NCBI GenBank assembly: GCA_958009085.1
Contig: OY253689.1
Location: forward strand, 124,001-188,000
Length of the DNA stretch: 64,000 bases
From: Protoeuglena noctilucae
Lineage: Eukaryota
Direction of reading: 5' to 3'
The notes below the pieces were generated by a model. The model was not told the DNA's origin. It did no database searches and worked only from the letters and a program-made list of their open reading frames with translations. Of this stretch, positions 49,776-60,888 are shown piece after piece; the stretch's first letter is position 1; every line of letters begins with the position of its first letter. The position numbers and the translations under genes are program-made.

Positions 49776-52700
49776 ATGGTGGAACGTGGGCGACTCGTGC
49801 TGCTGCTCGCCGCGGCTCTCCTGCTCCTTGCGGGCCGGGCCGCGGCCAAGCAAACGAGGAGGCGCCAGGGTGAGAACGGCAGGGGCCGGCGCGTGCGAGG
49901 AAGCGCGCTTGCGGCTTCTGGTCCCCAATGGGTGCACAGATGCGGCAACATGCACAGGGGACGCGCGGCACGGGGCTCCTCGCGCAGTGCGGCAGTCGCT
50001 GTTCCACCAGGTCGGTCAGAGATTGCCGGTTCACGGATATGCGGGGCCCCTGACCTCTCGCGCAGGGAGCACCGGTGCCGGGGAAGGTCATCAGTGCATC
50101 CACGACACCGTCGTGACCCCGCTCTTAACCGGGCTCGTGGGACAGTATGCAAATGTGTCGGACGAAACGCACGTGCACGCGGCAGAGTTGCTCACGGAAG
50201 CGCTCGAGCAGGAGGTGCGGACCCACGCTGCGTGGCTCATGCTTCCGTGGCGCATGCGTCGCGCCTGCCCTTCTTCGACTCTCCCCACCCCCACTATCCC
50301 TCCCAGGCGCATGTCCGGCGACTCGCAGCGGCGCCCATTCGCATCCACCTCGACTACTCGGACATCGACGCAAGCAGTGAGCGAGGGCATTCGTGCGCAC
50401 GTCCCTCTGCTAATCCCGCGCGCCCCCGGGACGCAAACACGCGCTGGTTTTCGCTTCCCCGCAGCTGTCCTGACGTCGCGGGAGAAGCAGCTCATCAAAG
50501 AGAAGCTCATGCCCACGGCCGCGGCATACATCCAGGCAAACGTCCGCGTCAAGAACCCAGTGTCGGGGAAGCTGTTCCTGCCCCGCCTCTGCGCGACGCA
50601 GTGGACGGGCGTCAACATCTGCCAGCAACTGCGGGACGTCGGCTGGTGGTGCGTCGCGTGCCAGAGCCCTGGGGCTGTTGCGACGGCAGTGGCCCCTCAA
50701 CCATCCGCGCCCGTTTGCATACCTTCCTCAATTGCTGGTGTGCCGGATGCGACGTCTGCTGAAGAGCTCGCTCAGTACACGCCCCTCGCCCGCAGCTTCA
50801 CGACGCCCCACAACGCGGACTACTTTGGGGCGGGCCAGTACTGTCCCGACTCTCCGGGTGTGTGCGTCAACTCCAGCTCGGGGACCGGGGTACAGGACGC
50901 GGACCTCATCATCTACGTCACGGCACAGGTGAGGCCTGGCCGGGCTACGCTGGCCCTGCGACCCCGTGCACTGGCCCAGCACCCTGTTGATTGGCATCAG
51001 TCTCAGTCCCAGTCTCACCCACCTTATTAAGACGCATAGTGCAGTCGGTGCTGCAGTGAAAGCATAGCAACTGCGTCGCCCTCCCCGGTCCCACGCCTGC
51101 AGGCTCAGGCGTGCGCGGATCAGACAGACACGGGCTGCGTGCAGAAGGTGGCGACGTGCGAGGGCACGACGGAGGCCTTCGCTGCGGCCTGCGTGCTGGA
51201 CGCGGCCGGGACGTACGGCGCGCCGGACCGCCCGCTGGCCGGGGTGGTCAACTTCTGTTCTGGGAGGCTATCCATGGAGGACGCCGACTTTGGCATCCAG
51301 CTCGACACGGCCGTGCACGAGATGATGCACGCGCTGGGCTTCTCCTCGTCCCTCTACCCGCTCTGGCAGAAGCTGGACGGCACGGGGTCGTGGGGCACGG
51401 CGAGCGGCGGCACGGCGAACGTGCTCTCGGTCGACGCCACGACCGGGCTCACCTACATGGTCAGCGACACGGTCAAGTCGGTGGCCCGGGCGCAGGCCAA
51501 CTGTCCGACGCTCACGGGGGCGCTAATGGAGAACGATGGCGGGACGGCGACCGCCCTGACGCATTGGGAGGCGCGCGCGTACGACAACGAGCTCATGATC
51601 GGGCAGGGCGACTCGGACCGGTTCATCCTAAGCGACCTCACTCTGGCGCTCCTGACTGACACGGGGTGGTACACGACCGTGGAGCAGCGCGCGCTGCCGT
51701 TCGGGCGGTTCGCGGGCACGACGTCCCAGGGGTGCGACTTCGACACGGCCAGCTGCCAGAGCCAGCTGTCCTTCCCAAGCCCGCCGCGGTCCACGTTCAG
51801 CAACACGCAGCCCTTCTGCCACCGCGAGGAGCCCAGCAAGGCCCAGGACACGACGGCCCAATGCACCTGGGACTACCGCGCCCTGGGCCTGTGCACGGGC
51901 ACGCCGCTCAACACGGAGGCGAGCGGGTGCACCCTCACGGTGCCCTACCGCACAGACGTGTGCTACGAGGCCGTGCCATCGCGGCTGGCACTCAAGGCCA
52001 AGGCGAGTGGCGTTGTCATGGCGACGCAGGCCACACCGCTTGCTTCCCTATGTTGTCCCACGTACTCACCATATACTCCCACCTCGTTCACCCTTGCAGG
52101 ACATGGGCCTCCCCAGCTACGACTCCCTAGGGGAGTACCAGGGCGCGTGGTCCCGGTGCATCCCGCAGGACCCGCAGACGAGCATCATGTACAACACCAT
52201 GGCCATCAAGCCGGCGGGCGCGGGGTGCTACCGCGTCGAGTGCATCTCGGGGGAGCTCTGGGTCACGGTCCTCAAGGCCAAGTTCAAATGCCCCACGGGG
52301 CAGTACGTCGACCTGGCCACAGCCACGGCGGGGTCCGCCACGCCCTTCAGCTCCGGGAGGCTCGGCCCGTGTCCGGACAACACCTACCTCTGCGAGGCCC
52401 TCGTCTGCCCCAACGACTGCAACGGCAACGGCTCGTGCTGGCTGGGGGCCTGCTCGTGCTACACGGGCTGGGATGGGTCGGACTGCTCGCAGGCGGTGGA
52501 CAGCGCCATGACGACGCTGATGTTCGACAGCCAGCCGCAGCCGCCGCCGCCGGGCTCGGCGCCGCCCCCGCCGCCTTCGCCGCCCCCGCCCCCGCCCCCG
52601 CCCCCCGTTATCGCGGAGAACCTCGACCTCGTCATGGAGTTCGACCTCTCGGCCGACGCCGCCGCCCTCTTCCTCACCTACGACGCCTTCACGGGCTCCC

Positions 52701-53293
52701 ACACCCTGGCGGCCTTCTCGGCCGACCTGCAGGAGCGGGCGTCGGCCGCCATGCGCGTCCCGCTGCAGCACATGTACGTCGAGTCGATTCAGGTGCTCTA
52801 CACCAAGGCCACGGACGGGGATCCGTACGCGGGCGTGCAGGGCCACCCGGCGTGCCAGCAGGCCCGGTACGCCACGTCGACGAGCGACCTGGGCGGCGGG
52901 GACGCCTCGCGCGTCCTGCGCGTCCGCACGCGCGCGAGCTACGTGGTGCCGGATCCCACCGCCGCGCTCATGGCGGATATCGAGACCATCCGGGACGCGG
53001 TGCTGGACGATCCCCTGTCCGTCTTCGCCTCGGACCACTCCATCTTCGCCAAAGTGTCGTCGGCCACCATGTACAACTGCCAGGTCCTGGTGAGAAGCAG
53101 GGTCGGATTGACTGCTGCCGGGACTGTGCGGAGCCTGCGGTGCCTGCCCTGCGCTGCCCTCCCCCCTCACTGGCCTCGCACGTTCTCGTCTTTGCAGAGC
53201 GGAGGGGCGACGTCGGCGGCCCACGTGGGCCGCGCCGCCCTGAGCACCGTCATCATGGCCATCGTGGCGGTGATGGCTGCAGCTGCACTTTGA
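49776..53293 (+). CDS. Leishmanolysin/GP63-like M8 metalloprotease with EGF-like module, Pro-rich linker and hydrophobic C-terminus
   Basis: Signal peptide; PIRIHLDY; DADLIIYVT; RPLAGVVNFC; HEMMHALGF (from 51316); THWE, NELM, LTLALLTDTGWY; CPNDCNGNGSC; SP/P-rich run; GPI-like tail. Confidence 0.92.
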
Positions 53294-53797
53294 GTAGGCG
53301 CAGCTTGCACTTCCTCTGCGCTCACGCCTAGTTTGACCTGACAGCCACGAGCCGCTCTGAGCGTTTGGCTGGATAAACGGCCCGCGGGCCAAGCCGATGG
53401 CGCCGTTCGTGATGAAATGTAGCTCGTTTGAAAGCAGTAGGTAGCTGCGACCGTGATCGGCGAGGTTTCGTCGGCCGTAAAACCCGATCTTTTCGCTGGG
53501 CCCTCCGCACACCGCGTGCGTCTCCTCACAGCGTCTTTAAAGCAATAGTGACCGGCAGGACTGTGCATTTCGACCAAGCGTGTACGCGTGGAGAGCCGGG
53601 TGCGAAGAGACGTTGGGGATGGGGCGTTCGGGTGGACCACGCGCTGCTTCATCCAAACCGTCGATTCTCAAACGGTCAAGACGCGCGGCGGATTTCGAGA
53701 GAGTCCCTCACTCCCCCTTTCGCAGGCCAAGTCTTTCCCGGCCCCCTACCCTCCTACTCGGCCGGCCAGCGGCGGCCTGCGCCCGGTCTGCGCGGAG

Positions 53798-56700
53798 ATG
53801 TTTCGTCGCAGGAGCTCCCTGGCCAGGGGTTTGGCCAAGCGCGACCCTCTCCAGGCTCTCATGGAGCTGCTGCAGGTAAGGCGCTGCTGCTGATCGGCGC
53901 TTGCCGCTCCGGGCCTCTGTGACGCACACCGGCATTAAATTATTGTGCTGCATGTGTTGTGCAATGACACAGCGCATGAAGGTGGATGATAGCGATGCTT
54001 GAGACCCTCACCCAAACCGCACCGCACCACGCACCCGTCGCAGGACATGAAGAAGGAGAGCTGTTACCTCAACGTCGGGCAGTTCACGGACGTGGTCTTT
54101 GAGGACTCGAGCCCGGCCTATGATGTGTATTCCGCGCGCTGCACCCTCACCGCGGGCCTCGTTGCCCTCAAGTGTTACCGGTGGGCCTCAATCGGCAGCA
54201 TCCCGGAGTCGCCGCTGGCCGAAATCCTGCACGTGAAAAAGTGCGCCAAGAAGTTCGGCGTCTTGGGGCAGCTGGGGCTGCTGGAGGAGTCCAAAGACGT
54301 CGTGCTCGTCTCCCATCCGCTCGGCGTGTGCCGGATGGGGCAGGCCATTGCAGCCCGGGGTCCCTTCACGTGAGCAGGAGGCGGTGCTGGTGCAGCAGCC
54401 ATGACCGACACGCGCCCCCGAAGCACAGCACCAAACTGTGCTGTGGGCGTCGGACGCAGGGACGAGGGATTCGTGGTGGAGCGAATCGTGAAGCCGCTGG
54501 CGACGACGCTGGCGCAGATGCACGCGGACGGCATCGTGCACTGCAACGTCGTCCCGCAGAACGTTGCTTACAAGCCCTGCGAACACTGCAGTGAGGAGGA
54601 GGGAGCCCACCTGGTTGGAGCCCCCCGACACCCTGCCAACCGCAACCCCGACCAACACACGCCTCATCTCGCTTTCCATCGCAGTCCTCATGAACCTGGA
54701 GTGCTCCGTTTGCTCGGACCCCGCCTGCCTTTGCTCCACCTTCCCGCCCTTCCAAGTCACCACCGCTGCCGTCACCTACACCCCGCCCGAGCTGGCCAGG
54801 GTCATGCTGGCTTCCTTGCGGGAGCGACCGGCCACACGGGGATCCTACACCATGTCTCGCTTGCGCCGGGTCATGACCAAGGCTTTCAGTCGCACCCGCA
54901 CGGCCAGCCGCGGCGCGGGGCCGGGTGCCGCCACGTCTAGTCTCCGGTCGCGCGTCACCCCGGCCGTCGACGTGTGGCAGCTGGGGTGCCTGGTGTACGA
55001 GCTGCTCGTGGGCACGACGCCGATCGACATGAACGAGGACTTCTTCGCGGAGCTCATGGACGATGGGGGGCAAGCGAGGGGACAGGTGCGGCTGTGGTGA
55101 CTTGAGAGGGTGGCATGGTTGCTGGGCGTGTGGGGTGCCTGCTGGGGTGCGTGTAGTGCGTGCGTACTGAGATGACATCCGCGACTGGCCTTTTGCTTTC
55201 GCAGAAGCGGAGAAAGTCCGGGTCGCTGAGCGACAGACACGCCGAGGTCCTTCCCTTCGGTGAGCAATGAGGCTGCACATGGAGTCTAAGTGCGCCTTAG
55301 AAGCCACACAGGCATGGTGTCTTGTCGTCACCACTGATGCAATGGTCCTTGTCTTGAATCCTGACTAATACATTGACTGCACCGCAGACCCCGAGTCGAC
55401 GCTCATGTTTGGGAGCATCTCGTACCCCGCCACGCTGTCGCCGTTAGCTGTGGACTGCATTAAGCGGTGCCTGGTGCTGGAGCCGGGGGACCGAGCCACG
55501 ATGACAGAGCTGCTCAGGCACCCCTGGATGGCCACCAAGGAGCAGGTCGACGAATCAGAGGACATGGTGAGTGACTGAGGCAGGGTTGGTGCATGCCACG
55601 GGTGTCGCATCAGGCGTGGGGGTGAAGGAGGCAAATGGGCGTCAGATTGTAGCAGAGCGAGCAGCAGAGCATAAGGGTAGACTTTGACTTGTTTGATGTG
55701 CAGCCAGGCGATGGGACGATGTCGATGATGAAGGCCATGCATCGGGGCTCTTGCCAGCCCACCACGCTCACGGTCTGCTGCCGTCTCTTCCATGATCAGA
55801 GCGCCCGATCCAACCACGGGAGTCGTCCCCCGCAGATCCTCGCCGTCGCCGAGATGCTCTCGGGCCTCACGGCGCCTGTTGCTGGCACCACCGAGGCGGT
55901 TTCCGCCGACGTCTCTGGCACGGCCCAGGGCGACACGGCGGAGGTGCCCCAGGAGCGCAAGACCACGGGAGAGATGCTGCGCAAGGGCCGGCGGCCGTCG
56001 GTCGAGCTGCTGGCCAGAGAGGTCCGGTCCCACAACGCGGATGACGCCGGGGCCCGCCAGGCGGTGGGGGCGGTGGCGGCGGTGCTGGAGACGGAGGTGG
56101 CGCCCCCGGTCAATACCCAGGGTCCGCTGGCGAAGCTCGCAAGGGACCACGCCCGGCGCACGTCCCTCCGCAGCGCCCAGGCAAGCGACGGGGAGCGCTG
56201 GGAGAGGCGTGGGGCGCTGTTGTGCAACACTGTTTGCACCAACGACTAGCAGAGAAGGCATGCTCCTTATCATAGATGTAATCACCGCCTCTTTGTCGCA
56301 CTCTCTCGCAGTTCCTCAGCTCTCTGGAGGACAGCAAGGCCCCCCCGCTGTCGCCAGGGATGCGCGTGTCGCTGGCGCGCGGCCCCGCTGGGGGCGCCCG
56401 GCCCTCGGTGCAGCTCCCGCGCCCGTCGGTGCAGCTCCCGCGTGTCTCAGTGAACGACCGGGGCAGTGCGCTGGAGTCGCAGACATCCGTTTCCGCCCTC
56501 GGGTCGCTCCTCCGCACGACCAGCAAACGTGCTATGCGGGTCGAGCAGATGAAGGGACGCATGAACTTCAAAAGTGAGTGAATGACTGAAGCTATGCATG
56601 TTGCGATGTGGCGATCGCGGCGGGGCGCCCTTGCAAGCAGCGGCCTGTCGCACGGGCCTGTATTGTGCTCTGGGAGTGTAACCTTGGGTCGCACCTCCGC

Positions 56701-59470
56701 AGACCGCATCGATGAGGTCTTGGAGAGGGCGCTGCAGGTCCCGTCCTCGACAACATCGGCCAGCAGCGAAGGCCCGGGCTCACCCAGGCGCAGGGCCCTT
56801 ATGCTTTCGAAGGGGCCTGCTGTGGCCGCATCCAGGCCCAGGTGGGGTTTGTGCTCGGGTTGTTACTGCACTGTCACTGCGCTGCGGGCATGCAGCACAA
56901 CGCAAGCCGCACAACGCGTCACATTCCATGCTTCAAGGCTAAACATCTCAATCTCAGGGCACGGCTCGCAAACCTGCATTACCCATCCAACTCCACTCTG
57001 CCCCGCCTTCCATGCAGGTCATCACTCGTCCCAGACACGCCGCGCGTGCCGTCTGCCTTCGGGCCCGCCCCCGCTCCCACGCCCACGACATCCACCGCAC
57101 CCATGCCAGCGCTCGTCAAGCGCGCGGACGGGTCCGGCGACGGGGACGCTCGGCAAGAAGGCGCGACGGTGGAGATGTACAGTGGCGATGCTAACGACAG
57201 CCTGCCAGTTGCGGCGGTCGCAGCTGCGGCAAAGGACGCGGCTCACGTCCCTGCGTTGGCCTGGGGGCCGACTGCAGCTGCAGTGGCGGGCGGTGACCCG
57301 CCCAGTGCAGTCGGGTCCAACCCCGCCGTCGCTGCCGGGACGGAGGGAGACGCGCGTGCTCTGGGTGGGTTGGGAGTCACCAAGGCCGCGACCGGTGCGG
57401 GTGTGAGTGCGAGCCAGGGCGGCGCTCCTTCATTGGTCGCCGGGGATGGAGCGCCCCAGTCAGACACCCCGGCCCTGGCCGGACAGAACGGGTCGCGCGC
57501 TGATGACGCCGACCTGGTGGTGGCGCTGGGGCCCGAGGACGTGCAGCGTGGCAGCATCGACGTGCCGCGGGGGGCGCGTGCTGTGCAGGACGCATCAGCA
57601 CAGTTGCCGTATGCCGCGAGACAAGAGGCGCCTCACGGGGCACCTCAGATGGCGCAGGTCGCCCACAGGAAGTCTGTCGAGGTGTTGCCCGAGGTGAAGC
57701 GCAGCGGAATGGCGAGCGTGAGAGTGCTCCGGACGCCGAAGAAAGACACCCCCACAACGGACGATGGGGTGCTTCCGACTGACTCAGCACGTGGGGTGCG
57801 TGCTTCGACGGAGGGCCGGTCCCTGGCTACGCTTGCCAGGGACAGCGCCGGGAAGGCCAGCAACCGTCGGGTGGGCTCCGTCCAGCCCCAGCGGGAGAGC
57901 GGCACGGAGCGGGCTGCCACGGACTCGATGCGCGGCGTGCGGTTCTCGACCGATTATGGAGCTCCAGCGCAGCGGCAGCCGTCGACGAGCGCCGGCGCAG
58001 GCGCTGGGCTGTTCGACCTGCAGAGGAACTTGCTCTCTCCGGCACGCAAGAGCGGCCTCGAGAGCCGGAAAAGCGCACTGGAGAGCCGGAAGAGCGGACT
58101 GGAGAGCCGCAAGAGCGGGATGGGCAGCACGGAGGGGTCTGACCGTGATGCGAAGGCCAAGGGACTGTCCGGGATCATCGGTGCTATATTCCGGCGGGGC
58201 AGCGCATCAGCTGCGGTCGTGCCCATGCGTTCGGGTCTGAGCGTCACGCAGAGCGCGCACGGGAACACCGTTACGCCTGCCAAGGGCAGGTGAGGGGAAC
58301 AGGGCGCAAGCGGGGCTGGTGATGACTTGCGAGAGTGCTAGCGTGGAGGGGTTTGTGAGGCTTCCATGGGTAGGACGCGTGGCAGGTGGCGCAGGCATAG
58401 GCCCTTGTGTGCTTGTACGAAAGACACAGCTGCTTGTGTCGTGTCCCGCAGCCGCTCCAGGCGCCCATCGGAGGCCTCTGCAATGTCTGAGAGGGAGGGT
58501 GGCGCCTCGCCGGCCCTCTTCAGGCCCGGGACTGCCGGCAGCAGGAACCGGGCCGGTCCCAGCCGCAAGGCCCATTTCGCAGGGGCAGGTGCGCATGTGG
58601 GGCATTGGCGTCACTTGCGTGCTATCTGTCTCTCTTGCGCTTGCCCGGAGAGTCCCAACATGTCATTCGCATACTCACAACGCTGATGGCGCTCATGGCT
58701 GCCTTGGTTGGTCCGTGACCTGCCTCTCTTGCTTGGTGACCCCCGCAGGTGACGATGGCGACAGCGGGGCGCGGGCAGACGGCCAGGGCAAGCCCTCCGT
58801 GCCGGCCAGCAAGTCCTTCCACGAGCTGGCGGTGGAGATGGAGACCCGCAAGTCCAGGTGAGGGGCTGCTTAGCGGCGGACACAGGCATGGCACACGAAA
58901 GCGCCTCGCGCCAGCCGACCACATGCACAGCCACCCACGCCTATCCACGCCTCTCATCGCTCAATCTTGGCAACATAGATGTATTCTCTCTCGCGCTTAA
59001 TGGTTTCATCAGCATTCATGGGCCGTGGACTGCCAATGTGCTTTGCGTGCCGTACTCGCAGGCCCAACCTGGGGCACGTCTCGGCCGCCGTCAGTCGAGT
59101 GGACGTGATGAACAAACTGGTGCACGAGGTGAGTGGATTTGAGCCCACATCTCTTGGTCACACGTCACACGCATGCAAGGAGCGTTGAGTGTTGCATGGA
59201 TACCCCAGGCGTCCATGCCTCGACTCTTGCCACGCTGCAGCTAGGCTCCATTTGCACTTGCCACAGCTGTGTTTGTCGTGTGACCACCCCAGCCCCTTGT
59301 CTTAAACGCAGGGTTACAGCGCGCCCAAATCGACGCAGGCGGGGCGCCGTGACAGGGCCCAGAGCCTCGTCATGGGGGGCACCCGGCTGCCGAGGCGACC
59401 CATGGATTCAGAGCTCGTCCTCACCGGGCCGACCCTCCCCCTTGGCGCCGAGCTCCTTCTCTCGCAGTGA
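53798..59470 (+). CDS. Aurora/CAMK-like pseudokinase with very long disordered C-terminus
   Basis: VALKCY, HCNVVPQN (for HRDxKPEN), MNLE (for DFG), YTPPEL, PAVDVWQLGCLVYELLVGTTP, DCIKRCLVLEPGDRATMTELLRHPW. Start uncertain (possibly ~53619); TGA at 59468-59470. Confidence 0.7.
58045..58122 (+). repeat. 21-bp coding tandem repeat (RKSGLES, about 3.7 copies)
   Basis: Directly visible in the pseudokinase tail. Confidence 0.9.
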
Positions 59471-60805
59471 TCAGTCATCGCAGGCGGACTGGCGGCGGCA
59501 GTCCAACTGGCGTTTCGCCGTCAGGCCCCACAAGGCGCACTCGCCAGCGCGATTGTCTGTCCCCTGTTAGAGATGATACTGGGAGGGGAGCAGCCCCTCG
59601 TATAACAGCTGCAGCGGCCACGCCTGGCACAGCGTCGGCGTTTCGTCTGTTCCCTTGGCACGCTCACTTTTCGTTGTGTTTCTTGATCCAGGCCACCTTG
59701 TCACTCTCGCTCCCACGCTGGGCAGAGCCTAGTGCACCACCCGTTTCCTCACCACCGCTCCTCTCCACACCCGATCGGATCTCAACAGCGCCACCTGGGC
59801 CACGCTGCTGTGCAAGGTTGTCACATCTCCGCAGTGCATCGGGACCATGCCTGCTGTGCATGGCTGCCGTCAAAGGCAGATCGTAGGAGCACTGTATGTA
59901 TCCTTGCTGGAACAAAGGCCTGTAGGACCACCCGGTCCCCTATTTGCTTTGTATGGTCCATAAGTCCACCTGCTTGCTTGTCTGCGTTGTGAGGCCCGCG
60001 CTTGTGTGTGCATCGTCAGTCACCCCCGCGTCGAGCGCAGCTCGTCAGCCAACTCCTCGCTGTTCGCAATCTTTGCAGATGCTCTCCACGCTGCTTGCTC
60101 ATTTGTGTGAGTTCCAGCGCCGTCTTTTTTCGACCTGTTCTGTCTACTCGGTTCGCCCCTGCTGTCTCCTGGGTTTGTTTGACCTACAGGCGTTGCTCAG
60201 ATTTGGCAGCTACCTTTCTTGTCCGCAACAGGGCAGCAATTCCCTTGCGGTGTCCCTGTCAGTCGTGTCACCATTGCTCCGTTGAAACACCGGTGCTAAA
60301 GTTCGGTTGAACAACAACCCACCAGGCTGAGATGGCAGTCATGGACCACGCTGCCAAAGGGAACGCCCTCGACGGGTGGATTGTCGATCGGAAAACAAAG
60401 GGCGGCTGCGTGCGCGCAGCCAAACAATGGTGCGGTGAGGTCACGTGAGGCTGCTACACTTACAATGCAAGCTTGGGGCAGATGACAGATGGCCTCTAGC
60501 TCGTGGTGCTATGGGGACAACTGCAGAATCGGGCCGTTTGCGCTTGCGTAACTGCCAAACCGGGTTGACCTGGGGCTGCGTGCGCGGTCACAGCGAGTGC
60601 ACCGCGGATGGAACCCGCCCCTGCCACGCGACATGGACGAGGGGAAAACTTGCGTCACGGGAATCGAGGCTCAGAGGCTTGGGAAGACCTGCGGCATCGT
60701 CAACCTCGGCATGATGACTACGGCAGAGCGCGCGCGCGTGCCGGGAGAGAGTCTGACGCTCAAGCAACCCGGCGTGGTGTGGACGGGGCGGGCGGTGTGA
60801 GGGCA

Positions 60806-60810
60806 TTACA
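60806..60810 (-). promoter_or_regulatory. TGTAA polyadenylation signal for the NACHT gene
   Basis: ttaca on the + strand, about 80 nt past the TAA at 60889. Confidence 0.45.
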
Positions 60811-60888
60811 AGGGACTTTAAAGTCAGGCGGGTAGCACCCGTGGGCATCACGAGGCCATGCAGGGTCGTCTGGCAGGTGGCGTGGTAA

